64,000 nt of DNA from Mobula hypostoma. Taxonomy: Eukaryota. The notes beneath the pieces were generated by a model. That model made no database searches. It was given only the letters and a program-made list of their open reading frames with translations, and was not told the origin of the DNA. The position numbers and the translations under genes are program-made. Shown here piece after piece: positions 48,942 through 60,536 of this stretch. Position 1 is the stretch's first letter. Every line of letters begins with the position of its first letter. The stretch is from positions 74,278,001-74,342,000 of the forward strand of contig NC_086108.1 in NCBI RefSeq assembly GCF_963921235.1, in the 5' to 3' direction.

Positions 48942-51900
48942 AACTCAGGACGGGTTGCATCTGAACTGGAAGGGGACGAACATCCTTACAGGAAGGTTTG
49001 CTAGCGCTGCTCCGGGGGGTTTAAACGAGATTTGCAGGGGGAGGGGAACCAGAGTGTTAGAGCAGATAGTGAGGTGGAGGAGGATAAAGGTCATGCAAGA
49101 ACTGCAAGTGTAGTGCATGGAGTAAAGCCAGATCTAACATATAAAGAGGCTTTGAGGAAAGAGAAGCAGAATAAAGGGTGTAAAGGTAGTAAGGTAGAAG
49201 GGCTAAAGTGTGTGTACTTCAATGCAAGAAGCATCAGGAACAAAGGTGATGAACTGAGAGCTTGGATACATACATGGAATTATGACGTAGTGGCCATTAC
49301 AGAGACTTGGCTGGCACCAGGGCAGGAATGGATTTCAATATTCCTGGATTTCAGTGCTTTAAAAGGGATAGAGAGGGGGGAATAGGGGAGGAGGGGTGGC
49401 ATTACTGGTCAGGGATACTATTACAGCTACAGAAAGGGTGGGTAATGTAGCAAGATCCTCTTTTGAGTCAGTATGGGTAGAAGTCAGGAACTGGAAGGGA
49501 GCAGTTACTCTATTGGGAGTATTCTATAGGCCCCCTAGTAGCAGCAGAGATACCGAGGAGCAGATTGGGAGGCAGCTTTTGGAAAAGTGCAAAAATAACA
49601 AGGTTGTTGTCATGGGTGACTTTAACTTCCCTAATATTGATAGGCACCTGATTAGTTCCAAGGGTTTAGATGGGGCAGAGTTTGTTACGTGTGTCCAGGA
49701 TGGATTCCTGTCATAATATATTGACAGGCCAACTCGGGGGAATGCCATACTAGATCCGGGTCAGGTCACAGATCTCAGTGGGTGAGCATCTGGGGGACAG
49801 TGACCACCACTCCCTGGCCTTTAACATTATGGAAAAGGATAGAATCAGAGAGGACAGGAAGTTTTTTAATTGGGGAAGGGCAAATTATAAGGCTATAGAA
49901 TTGGGATGATGTTTTTGCAGGGAAATGTACTATGGACATGTGGTCAATGTTTGGGGATCTCTTGCTGGATGTTAGGGATAAATTTGTCCTGGTGAGGAAG
50001 ATAAAGAATGGTAGGATGAAGGAACCATAGATGACTAGTGAGGTGGAAAATCTAGTCAGGTGGAAGAAGGCAGCATACATGAGGTTTAGGAAGCAAGGAT
50101 CAGATGGGTCTATTGAGGAATATAGGGTAGCAAGAAAGCTTAAGAAGGGGCTGAAGAGAGCAAGAAGGGGGCATGAGAAGGCCTTAGCGAGTAGGGTAAA
50201 GGAAAACCCCGAGGCATTCTTCAATTACGTGAAGAAGAAAATGATGACAGGAGTGAAGGTAGGACCAATTAGAGATAAAGGTGGGAAGATGTGCCTGGAG
50301 GCTGTGGAAGTGAGCGAGGTTCTCAATGAATACTTCTCTTCGGTATTCACCAATGAGAGGGAACTTTATGACGGTGAGGACAATGAGTGAGGTTGATGTT
50401 CTGGAGCATGTTGCTATTAAGGGAGAGGAGGTGTTGGAGTTGTTAAAATACATTAGTATTTTAGTAACACACATCAAAGTTGCTGGTGAATGCAGCAGGC
50501 CAGGTAGCATCTCTAGGAAGAGGTACAGTTGACGTTTCAGGCCGAGACCCTTTGTCAGGACTAACTGAAAGAAGAGCTAGTAAGAGATTTGAGAGGGGGA
50601 GGGGAGATCCAAAATGATCGGAGAAGACAGGAGGGGGAAGGATGGAGCCAAGAGCTGGACAGTTGATTGGCAAAAGGGATATGAGAGGATTATGGGACAG
50701 GAGGCCTAGGGAGAAAGAAAAGTGGGGGGGGGGAGAACCCAGAGGATAGGTAAGGGGTATAGTGAGAGGGACAGAGGGAGAAAAAGGAGAGAGAGAAAAA
50801 GAATGTGTGTATATAAATAAATAACGGATGGGATACGAGGGGGAGGTGGGGCATTAGCGGAAGTTAGAGAAGTCAATGTTCATGCCATCAGGTTGGAGGC
50901 TACCCAGATGGAATAATAAGGTGTTGTTCTTCCAACCTGAGTGTGGCTTCATCTTGACAGTAGAGGAGGCCGTGGATAGACATATCAGAATGGGAATGGG
51001 ACGTGGAATTAAAATGTGTGGCCACTGGGAGATCCTGCTTTCTCTGGGGGACAGAGCGTAGGTGTTCAGCGAAACGATCTCCCAGTCTGCATCGGGTCTC
51101 ACCAATATATAGAAGGCCACACCGGGAGCACCGGACGCAGTATATCACCCCCGCCGACTCACAGGTGAAGCGTCGCCTCACCTGGAAGGACTGTCTGGGG
51201 TCCTGAATGGTGGTAAAGGAGGAAGTGTAAGGGCATGTGTAGCACTTGTTCTGCTTGCAAGGATAAGTGCCAGGAGGGATATCGGTGGGGAGGGATGAGG
51301 GGGGACGAATGGACAAGGGAGTTGCGTAGGGAGCGATCCCTGCGGAAAGCCAGAGAAAGCAGGATCTCACAGTGGCCACACATTTTAATTCCACGTCCCA
51401 TTCCCATTCGGATTGGAGGGATGTGACTAGTGGTGTCCCTCAAGGATCGGTTCTGAGACCTCTGCTTTTCGTGATTTTTATTAACGACCTGGATGTGGGG
51501 GTAGGAGGGTGGGTTGGCAAGTTTGCAGACGATACAAAGGTTGGTGGTGTTGTAGATATTGTACAGGATTGCCGAAGGTTGCAGAGAGACATTGATAGGA
51601 TGCAGAAGTGGGCTGAGAAGTAGCAGGTGGAGTTCAACCTGGAGAAGTGTGAGCTGGTACACTTTGGAAGGACAAGCTCAAAGGCAGAGTACAAAGTAAA
51701 TGGTAGGATACTTGGTAGTATGGAGGAGCAGAGGGATCTGGGGGTACATGTTCATAGATCCCTGAAAGTTGCCTCACAGGTAGATAGGGTAGTTAAGAAA
51801 GCTTGTGAGGTGTTAGCTTTCATAAGTCGAGGGATAGAGTTTAAGAGTCGCGGGGTAATGATGCAGCTCTATAAAACTCTGGTTAGGCCACACTTGGAGT

Positions 51901-52820
51901 GCTGTGTCCAGTTTTGGTCGCCTCACTATAGGAAGGATGTGGAAGCATTGGAAAGGGTACAGAGGAGATTTACCAGGATGCTGCCTGGTTTAGGGAGTAT
52001 GGATTATGATCAGAGATTAAGGGAGATAGGGCTTTACTCTTTGGAGAGAAGGAGGATGAGAGGAGACATGATGGCAGAATATAGTATTAATGGTAAGACT
52101 TGGCAATGTGGAGGATCAGAGGGATCTTGGGGGTCTGAGTCCATAAGACATTCAAAGCTGCTGTGCAGGTTGATTGTAGTTAGGAAGGCATACGGTGCAT
52201 TGGCCTTCATCGATTGTGGGACTGAATTTAGGAGCTAAGAGGTAATGTTGCAGCTATATAGGACTCTGGTCAGACCCCACTTGGAGTACTGTGCTCAGTT
52301 CTGCTCGCCTCACTACAGGAAGGATGTGGGAACCATAGAAAGGGTGTAGAGGAGATTTACAAGGATGTTGCCTGGATTTCGGGGGGGCGGGGACATACCT
52401 TATGAGAATAGGTTGAGTGAACTCGGCCTTTTCTCCTTGGAGCGATGGACGATGAGAGGTGACCTGATAGAGATGTATAAGATGATGAGAGGCATTGATT
52501 GTGTGGATAATCAGAGGCTTTTTCCCAGGGCTGCAATGGCTAGCACGAGTGGGCACAGTTTTAAAGTGCTTGGAAGTAGGTACAGAGATGTCAGGGGTAA
52601 GTTTTTTTACGCAGAGAGTGGTGAGTGCATGGAATGGGCTGCCAGCAACAGTGGTGGAGGCAAATACAATAGGGTCTTTTAAGAGACTCCTGGATAGGTA
52701 CATGGAGCTTAGAAAAATAGAGAGCTGTGGGTAACCTTAGATAATTTCTAAAGTAAGGAAATGTTCGGCACAGCTTTATGGGCCGAAGGGTCTGTATTGT
52801 GCTGTAGATTTTGTGTGTTT
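48942..52820 (+). mobile_element. Long CR1 LINE (ORF1 end plus ORF2), interrupted by a PLE and followed by a second CR1 3' end from about 52070
   Basis: DGLHLNWKG (ORF1 esterase end), CVYFNARSIRNK, AITETWL, GDFNFPNI, SGVPQGSVL, KFADDTK; the C-terminal block LVRPHLE..QRRFTRMLPG occurs twice. Confidence 0.92.
50466..51410 (-). mobile_element. PLE fragment with GIY-YIG domain nested in CR1
   Basis: ORF 50900-51394: PCKQNKCYTC...GVIYCVRCSRCGLLYIGETRCRLGDRFAEHLRSV...VATHFN; hammerhead motif 50527-50562; inverted piece 51348-51410. Confidence 0.92.
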
Positions 52821-52869
52821 ATAACTCTCTTCCTGAAATGTATGCTTTTGAGTAGTAGTCCGGTATATA

Positions 52870-53410
52870 CTTGGAGTGAATGAATGCAGCTTCAGAACAG
52901 AAGCAGGTCAACACCATACAGGACATAACTTGGTTGGTGGGCACCCCACCCACAACCACTCACTCATTCCATCAACGCACAGTAGCAGAGTTTGTAACAT
53001 CTGCAGGATGTACTGCAGCATATCAACAAGACTTTTGAGACAGCACCTTTCAAACCCACAACCTATACTTTGAAGGACAAGAACAGCAAAAGGCTGGGAA
53101 CGTCACCCTTGGAAGTTGTTCTCCAAGCCTGTTGCTTGGAAGTTGTTGCTGGGTGGTGTGGCTCATTGGGCTAGAAGAGCCTGTTCTGCATTGTATCTCT
53201 AAATCCCATCTTGACTTGTAAGTGTATCACTGTTTCTTCACCATCACTGTGTCAAAATCATGGAGCTTCATCCCTAACAGCATTGTGGGTATACCTGCAC
53301 TTGAAAGATTGCAGCGGTTCAAGAAGGCATCTCACCATCACCTTCCAGGGCAATTAGAAATAGACAATTGCGGACTCAGCCTGTGAAGCTCACATCCTTG
53401 AAGGATTTTA
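52870..53410 (+). mobile_element. Old CR1/L2-group LINE 3' end
   Basis: RLLRQHLSNPQP..., tcaaaatcatggagcttcatccctaacag, gcagcggttcaagaaggcatctcaccatcaccttc (LQRFKKASHHHL). Confidence 0.6.
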
Positions 53411-53634
53411 GAAAAGCCACAAGCCTGAGGATTACAGACTAACTGCAGGAAAGTAGAGTTAGGCCAGGTAGCTCTTCAAAAATTGGTGCAGGTGTTTGGC
53501 CTCCTGTGTTTTATGTTTTCCACAATTTTCACCAGTCTAAGTAACTTTTTAAAAAAGTTTTGTATTGGATGTTGCATTAATTGTTCTTAAATACTTTTAA
53601 TCTTTGTTAATGTTACTCGGAGTACAGCAACTGA

Positions 53635-53990
53635 AGCTGGACTGGTAGCAATCGCCTCCAAATCACAAGATTGTGAATTCAAATCCCATTTAAGAGATGT
53701 ATTTTAAAGTTGGATATTTAGATGATTCTAAAAATGAGGGAGTTGACTTACAACAGAGACTCTAAATGCAGCTGGCTATACTTTCTGGAATTTGCTAGAG
53801 GTTCTGCAGCAATATTTCAAAAAGAACAAGGAAATTATTCCTGGCCAATATTTTTCCTTCCAATCAGCATTATGCTAAAACCAATTATTCTTTCATTATG
53901 GAGCTTTCCTGCAGAAATCTGGCTGCAGTAACACTATAATAGTACATTATTGCTGTAAAGAACTATGTAAGTGCAAATCTTTATTTGTGT
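53635..53990 (+). mobile_element. Ancient Deu-domain SINE (SacSINE1/AmnSINE-like), decayed
   Basis: tRNA-like head (tgtgaattcaaatccca B-box remnant); aagaacaagga...tcctggccaatatttttccttc...aaatctggctgc central pattern; tatgtaagtgcaaatcttt tail. Confidence 0.55.
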
Positions 53991-54024
53991 TGGATGCTGT
54001 ATTGTGGGCATCATCTATCTTTGT

Positions 54025-54306
54025 TATTTAGCGATACAGTGCAGAATAGGCCCTCTGGCCCTCTCAGCCACACCACCCCAGCAATTCCACAACCCTGATT
54101 AATCTAACTTAATAACAGGATAAGTTACAATGACCAATTCATCCATCCGGTATGTCTTTGGACTGTGGGAGGAAATCGGAGCTCCCAGGTAACACCCACA
54201 CATGCCACAGAGAGTTCTTGTAGAAAGCATTGGAATTGAATTCAAAAGTCTGGAACAGCCTGAGCTGTAATAGTGTCACAGTAACCGCTACACTACCGTG
54301 GTGCCC
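54025..54306 (-). mobile_element. V-SINE (HE1-like), near full length
   Basis: Minus-strand head gggcaccacggtagtgtagcggtt; V-domain (tgtctttggactgtgggaggaaa on +); CR1-derived tail. Confidence 0.75.
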
Positions 54307-54529
54307 TTATTACTGTTATACATTGGAAACTTCAGCTGTCTGCTTCTGTTGATGCCAATGGAAAAAAGGTTTTATTTCCTAAAGCAAATACTGAAGTGAT
54401 ATAGTAGATTGGAATTTGGAAACTAATTCCTGAATCCTTGTAATCTATTCTATGCTTCATGTAACAAGCGTTGTATATGTGTTTTGTCACAGTAAAAAAT
54501 CTGTCATCTGACTATGACATTTTTTGATA

Positions 54530-55008
54530 AGCCAATAGCTGAGATTAAATTTAGTGATTCTTTAGTATTCAGCAACTTCATGCATAAAAGCACACAGACA
54601 TGGTTAAGAGATTCAGTTGTTTAGACCAAATGTCAGAATGGGGAAGAAATGTGATCAAAGTCACTTTGACCATGGAATAATTGTTGTTGTCAGATGGGGT
54701 GGTTTGAGAATCTCATGGGATTTTCACACAAGTCTCTAGAATTTACAGAGATTGATGTGAACAACATAAAAACATCTAGTAAGTGGCAGTTCTGTAGGTG
54801 AAAGTGACTTGTTAATGAGAGATGACAGAGAATGGCCAGATTGGTTCAAGCTGACAGGAAGGTGACGGTAACTCAAATAACCACGCGTTACAACAATGGT
54901 GCGCAGAAGAGCATCTCTGAACATGATGAACCTTGAAGTGGATTCTACTGAAGCAGTAAAGCACAACAGATTTCACTCCTCTTCCAAATAAAGTGGCCAC
55001 TGCGTGTA
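54530..55008 (+). mobile_element. Tc1-type transposon, internally deleted
   Basis: MGKKCDQSHFDHGIIVVVRWGGLRIS...ARLVQADRKVTVTQITTRYN HTH region; right end aataaagtggccactgcgtg followed by TA. Confidence 0.75.
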
Positions 55009-55326
55009 CTTAAAGGACTACAAGAAATTTTAGCTGCTGTTAGTTGTAATTCAATCAGATTACTTAAGGTGAAAAGGATTTCTGCTGATTTCCAGTTTAT
55101 TATCTGTACAATTCAATATTATCTCTTGCTGGCTGAGGACAATCCCCGTATCTTGAATGAAGCACCTTTTTGTATGTTTTGTAAAGCTGTTTAGTTCTTT
55201 ATACTGTAAATCTTTTTTCCAGAGATTACTTATTGTAACCCAATGGTAGTTCATTTATTCAACTTGAGTTGTAGCACTCATCAAGAAAGAACATTTAATT
55301 CTTAAACTCACCCCTAATACTTCCAG

Positions 55327-55485
55327 GAAAAGAGAAATAAAGAATGCAAAGTATTTAACTAACATGAGAAAACTAATCATGTTTGTATCAATTCACTTAA
55401 GGAAAGAGAATTGAAACTCCCGCAGTTTCGCCAACCAGAGGACAGTTTGTCTGACAGTCGTGCCTTTAGAAAATTGACTGATGAG
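55327..55485 (+). CDS. CCDC17: Probable CCDC17 coding exon 2 (acceptor uncertain: 55326, 55401 or 55425)
   Basis: Ends DSLSDSRAFRKLTDE|gtaagt, like the CCDC17 S.AL..LTEE motif; phase 0 fits exon 1; in-frame TAA at 55360-55362 if the first acceptor is used. Confidence 0.6.
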
Positions 55486-55559
55486 GTAAGTAAGGCCAAA
55501 CCCAGATGAAAGAATGAAGTATTAAATAATGGAAACTGATAATATGGAGTAATAAGATT

Positions 55560-57240
55560 ACTATAAACTAAAAATAAGTAGTGTTCATGGATTGATCTTA
55601 AAATCTGATGACAAGGGGGGAAGAAGCTGTTCCTAAATCGTTGTGTGATTCCTTAGGCTCTTGTACCTTATATCCAATGGTAGTAGCAAGATGAGGGCAC
55701 ATCCCGATGGTGAAGGTTTTTAATAATGAATGCTACCTTGAAGTAGCACCTCTTAAAGATGCCCTCAGTGGTGGGGAGAATTATACATTTAGTTTACAAC
55801 CCTCTGCAGTCTCTTGCCATCCTGTATATTGGAGCCTCCATACCAAGCTCTGATGTATTCAGTCAGAATGATCTCTGTAGTACATCCATTGAAATTTGTA
55901 AGTATTTGGTGACATACCACAGCTCCTCAAACTCCTAGCACAGTAGAGCTGTAGGTGAGCAGTAGAGTAGTGAGCCAAGCATACAACCTTGAGGTGTGTT
56001 TGTGTATGGGAATGGGTAATGATGGCATCAATATTCAATTCAATTGTACACATGTATATGGTCAAGAGAAACAATGTTCCTCTAGACCAAGGTGTATAGC
56101 ACGGAACATTTAACTCACACATGCAACACATAAAATAATATTACCACAAGTAAATTAACAAATAATAATGTGCATTTATGACACTTGTTTAAAAAGTAAA
56201 CAGTATAATGCTACTGACGTTATGCTGGCTTTGTCTGCATAAGTTATTAGTGAAATATTTATAGTAACTTATCAGTGTATCACTTTCATTAATTCCACTG
56301 CAGTGATCATTCTGGAGGCTTGCCTTGCAAGTTATAAGCAGGAAGCATGTTTGTTTTTTTCCATTACTTGTTATCGAGTTAGTTTCCCTCAATTATTCCA
56401 CAGATAGTCAGTGTCATCATTTTGATGGGCTTTGAGGTTGTATTTATATCCCAGTTCAGAGGAATTTGGGATAGAAGCCATCTTTAAGCCTGTGGTACAT
56501 GCTTTCAGGTATATTCTACCCGATGGGAGAGGAGAGAAGATAGGTTGTCCAGAGTGACTCTTTGGTTATGCTGACAGCTTTACCGAGGCAGTAAGAAGTC
56601 TAAACGGAGTTCATGGAGCGGAGGCTAATTTCCATGTTGTGCCCATAACTTTCTGTAGCTTCTTGTGGTCATGTGCAGAGAGGTTGCCATGCCAAGCCAT
56701 GATGGCATTGTTATTGAATGCTTTCAATTAAAAATTGGGGTCAAAATGGACATGCCAAGCTTCTTTAGCCTCCGGAAGAAGTAGAGGCATTTCCTTGACC
56801 ATGGCATCTATGAGCTTGGACCTGGACAGGGTATTGATGACGATCACATCTAGGAACTTGATGGTCTCAACCTCTGACCTCAGTACCATTAATGTAAACA
56901 AGAGCATGTGCACTGACTCCCCTCTCTCCCCCCCCCCCCCCCAAGACAATGAACAGCTCTCTTCTTTGGCTGACTTTGAGGACAGGTTGTTGTCATGACC
57001 CATGTCACTAGGGTCTTCCTGTATTTTGACTCTTTGTTATTTGACATGCAGCCCACCATGGCAGATTCATCTGCAAACTTATGGATAAATTAGAGCAGAA
57101 TCTGTCCAAGACATAATGAGTGTACAGGGAGTAAAGTAGGGGACTGAGGGGGCTAATGCAGCCTTGTTGTGCACTGATATTGAGGATAATTGTGATTGAT
57201 AGAGGAGTTGCTACCTACTTTTACTGATGGGGGTCTGTTA
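55560..57240 (-). mobile_element. Cluster of decayed Rex/Babar-type LINE fragments
   Basis: Repeated gaagaagctgttcc..., IKFLDVIV..TLS, KFAD..(catctgcaaact) motifs; (attca)n tail at about 56032. Confidence 0.6.
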
Positions 57241-57589
57241 TGCTACTGTGTCACCCACACTCCTCATTAAGGGTCTCAGCCTAAAGCATCAAGTACTTAC
57301 TCTTTTCCGTAGATGCTCCTTGGCCTGCTGAGTTCCTCCAGCTTTTTGTATGTGATTCTCAACCTTGTCTGAGGAAATGAAGAATGGTTAGTGGGGATGT
57401 GCTTGTGGAAGAATATATTAATCAATCATAATTCTGTAAGTTTCAAAATAGAGAGGGAAAGGAATAAGTTTGCTCTTCAAGTGAAGTTTTGTGTTGTGGG
57501 AAGGCTGAATCCAATGAGAGGACCTGGCAAAAGTAGATTTGGAGAAGGTGCTTGATGGGTAAAATGACACATGAAAAGTGGTTATTTTA

Positions 57590-58637
57590 AAAACAATTAA
57601 AGAGAGGTCAGGGCCAGCATATTCCAGTAAGTGTGAAAGATAACCACTTTAGAATTGGGGAATCTTGCATGACCAAGATATTGGAGGCTTGATCAAGCAG
57701 CAAAAAAGGAAATATATGGCAAGCAACTAAATCAAGGTAGTTTCTTGAATGTAGAATATATAGGAGAGAATTTAAGGAAGAAATTGGGAGAGTATAAAGG
57801 AGTCAGGAAATAATCTCGGAAACCGAGGCAAAAGAGAACCCCAGGCATTCTGAAAGTATATGTGGAGCAAGAGGGTAGTCGAAGAGGAGATGTATCTCCT
57901 TAAGGAGAAAAGGGGTAATCTGTGTGGGCAACATGGGCAAGATCCTGTATGAATACTTCTGTATTTGCCAGGGAAGTGTCAATAATTGAGAATGGCAGTA
58001 TTACAAAGAAGGTGTTTAAATATCGTGGGACTCAGAGGACTGATAAATTCCCCTGGCTCAATGAAATCAATCCCAGGAGACAATGAGGGAGGAAATAACT
58101 GGGGCCATGACTGAGAGTTTTGCATCTATATTGGCCTAGGGTTGGTGTCAAAATTCTTTTAATGCTAATGTTTTTTTAAGAAGGACATCAAGTTAGCCAA
58201 CTAACTCTATGTCATCAAATTTTGTTAGTGTTAGAAAAATTATTGGGGGAAAACACATACAGGGCTTGTGTATACTTGGAAAGGCAGAGGCAGATCAGGA
58301 ACAGATTTTCTACCTCACTAATTTGACTACATCTTTTGAGGAAGCATTTAAGAAGACTGATGATAGCAGCACACGAGTTATTGTCTGAATCGGCTTTAGT
58401 CAGGCATTTGATGAGGTCCTTCATGGTTGGTTGGTTGGTCAAGAATTTAAGGCACGTGGAATCCAAGGCAAACTGGCTGATTGGATCCAAATTTGATTGG
58501 AGGCCAAGTGCAGTAGTGTGTAGATGTTTATTTGATTGGACATCCATAACCAGCGGAGTGCTGCAGAGTGCAGTGCTGATATCCTTGCTGTGATGATATA
58601 TTAACAAGTTGGATGTGTATGAGGATGATATCATTAG
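57590..58637 (+). mobile_element. Old CR1 LINE remnant
   Basis: KENPRH, DKFPG, FSQAFDEVLHG, DWTSITSGVLQ motifs with many frameshifts. Confidence 0.65.
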
Positions 58638-58928
58638 TGTGACAGAGCAGGTGAGCAATGCTAATTCTCCCGCTAACCTTGCCCCTTTGTCCAATTAGTC
58701 ACTCCGTGTTCTGTCCCTGGTCTAGTTTCCCCAGTAGTTAAAAGACTTTGCCCTCTGGTTCTGTTGTTCTTGGGAGTTCACTGTTTGCACACCCCAACAG
58801 TGAAACAATCGCTGGCTTGGCTAATCAAAACAATCCCTTTAGTTAACATGCTGTACTGGTTTATAACTCATAAAAATAAGGATTCTAGCCACAGGCATTC
58901 CAAACAGTTTCATTTATTTTTACTCACA
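58638..58928. mobile_element. Possible solo LTR
   Basis: TGTGAC...CTCACA termini; 5-bp flanks ATTAG/CTTAG; interrupts CR1 sequence just before its KFAD-like motif. Confidence 0.4.
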
Positions 58929-60149
58929 CTTAGCGGTTTGTAGGCAAGTTTGTAGAACGGCCCCAAAAGACCCGAGGGGCAGTTTAGGGCATCCTAAAAT
59001 AGTGGCAGGGTTAGTGGGAGCAGGTGTACTACACCCTGCACAGGCAACTGGTGGGGAGGCAGTATTCTTTAATATTCATCTGAGCATGTGGACATGGATC
59101 TATGGGTTTAACTAAGGCATCTATTATGAAATAAAATTGCAGGATGTTAGAATCACTCTTTAAACCATTCCAATTCTGCATCTGAAATAATTATTATGGT
59201 CTGGTCATGTGATTTACATCCCCACCCCCCACCCCCCACGCCCCAACCAACAGCAGTATTTCCTGGTTCTTCTAGGCCAGACAGAGGCAGATTTAAAGCC
59301 CTCAGTCTGGCTTTGCCATAGAGACGTTTGTGTTTGGTGCGAAGTTTTATTGGAACGTTAAAGATGAAATGTGTCATGGAGAAAACCTGTATGTTTGTAA
59401 ATTTTTGTACATACATGCTTGTTTTTCATTTGTCTACTTGCAAGTATTTTTTTCTTTACAACTTTTGGGCAGCTTTTGCAGTTTTTCCTCCTGGCACTAA
59501 ATAAAACCCCTTTGCACTAATATGCAGTTACAGCTTACCATCTTTTTTTAAACTGGTGACCCTCGTCAGGATCAAAAAAGACAGTGCATCAGATGAATTG
59601 AAGGACCTGTTTCTGTGCTGTATAGCTCTGATTCCTTGACTAGTAAGGGTAAATGTCAACACAGAAAGGGAAAAGTTTATAATAGTGAATAAGACAATTG
59701 CAGAGAAATGAATACTTTGTGACTGTCTTCATGGAAGAAGGTACAAAACTGCCAAAAAAATATTGGAGAACCAGAGGTCAAGAGAATGAGGGATGAAAGA
59801 AATTAAGTATTAGTGGAGAAGTTTCTGAGTGTGAAAGGTGTTAAGTCCCAAGGACCCTATGTTCCACATACAGAGTTTTGAAAGGATGAGTTCTGGAGGT
59901 GGTGAATTTCCTGGTTATCATCATACAAAATTCTTGGGGATTTAAATTGTTCCTGTAGTTGGGAGAGTAGCAAATGTGACTCCACTATTTTAAGAACAGG
60001 GAGAGAGAAAACTGGGAAACACTGACCTGTTGGAATGATGTCAGTGATAAGCAGAGTCCTAAAACTTCGAAAGAAGGTAACAATGGAGCACATTGAAAAG
60101 TGTATGGGGCTGAGCAGAGTTGGCATGCTTCTATGAAAGAGCTATCATA

Positions 60150-60468
60150 TTCAAAGGTTTCAAGGGTACATTTAACGTCAGAGAAATGTATAAAATATAC
60201 GTCCTGAAATTCTTTTTCTTTAGAACCATCCATGAAAACAGAGGAGTGCCCCAAAGAATGAATATCAGTAAAATGTTAGAACCTCAAAGCCCCCCTCTGC
60301 TCCCCCCACCCACGCACAAGCAGCAGCAAAGCAACGATCCCCCCTCCCCACCAGCAAAAAAAGTATTGGTGCCCACCACCAAGTACTCAAGCACGCAGCA
60401 AAGCATCAATAAAGACACGGGCAGTATCCCGAAAACTACTCGTTCACCCGGTAATTTGACATACCATA

Positions 60469-60536
<68 letters not shown>

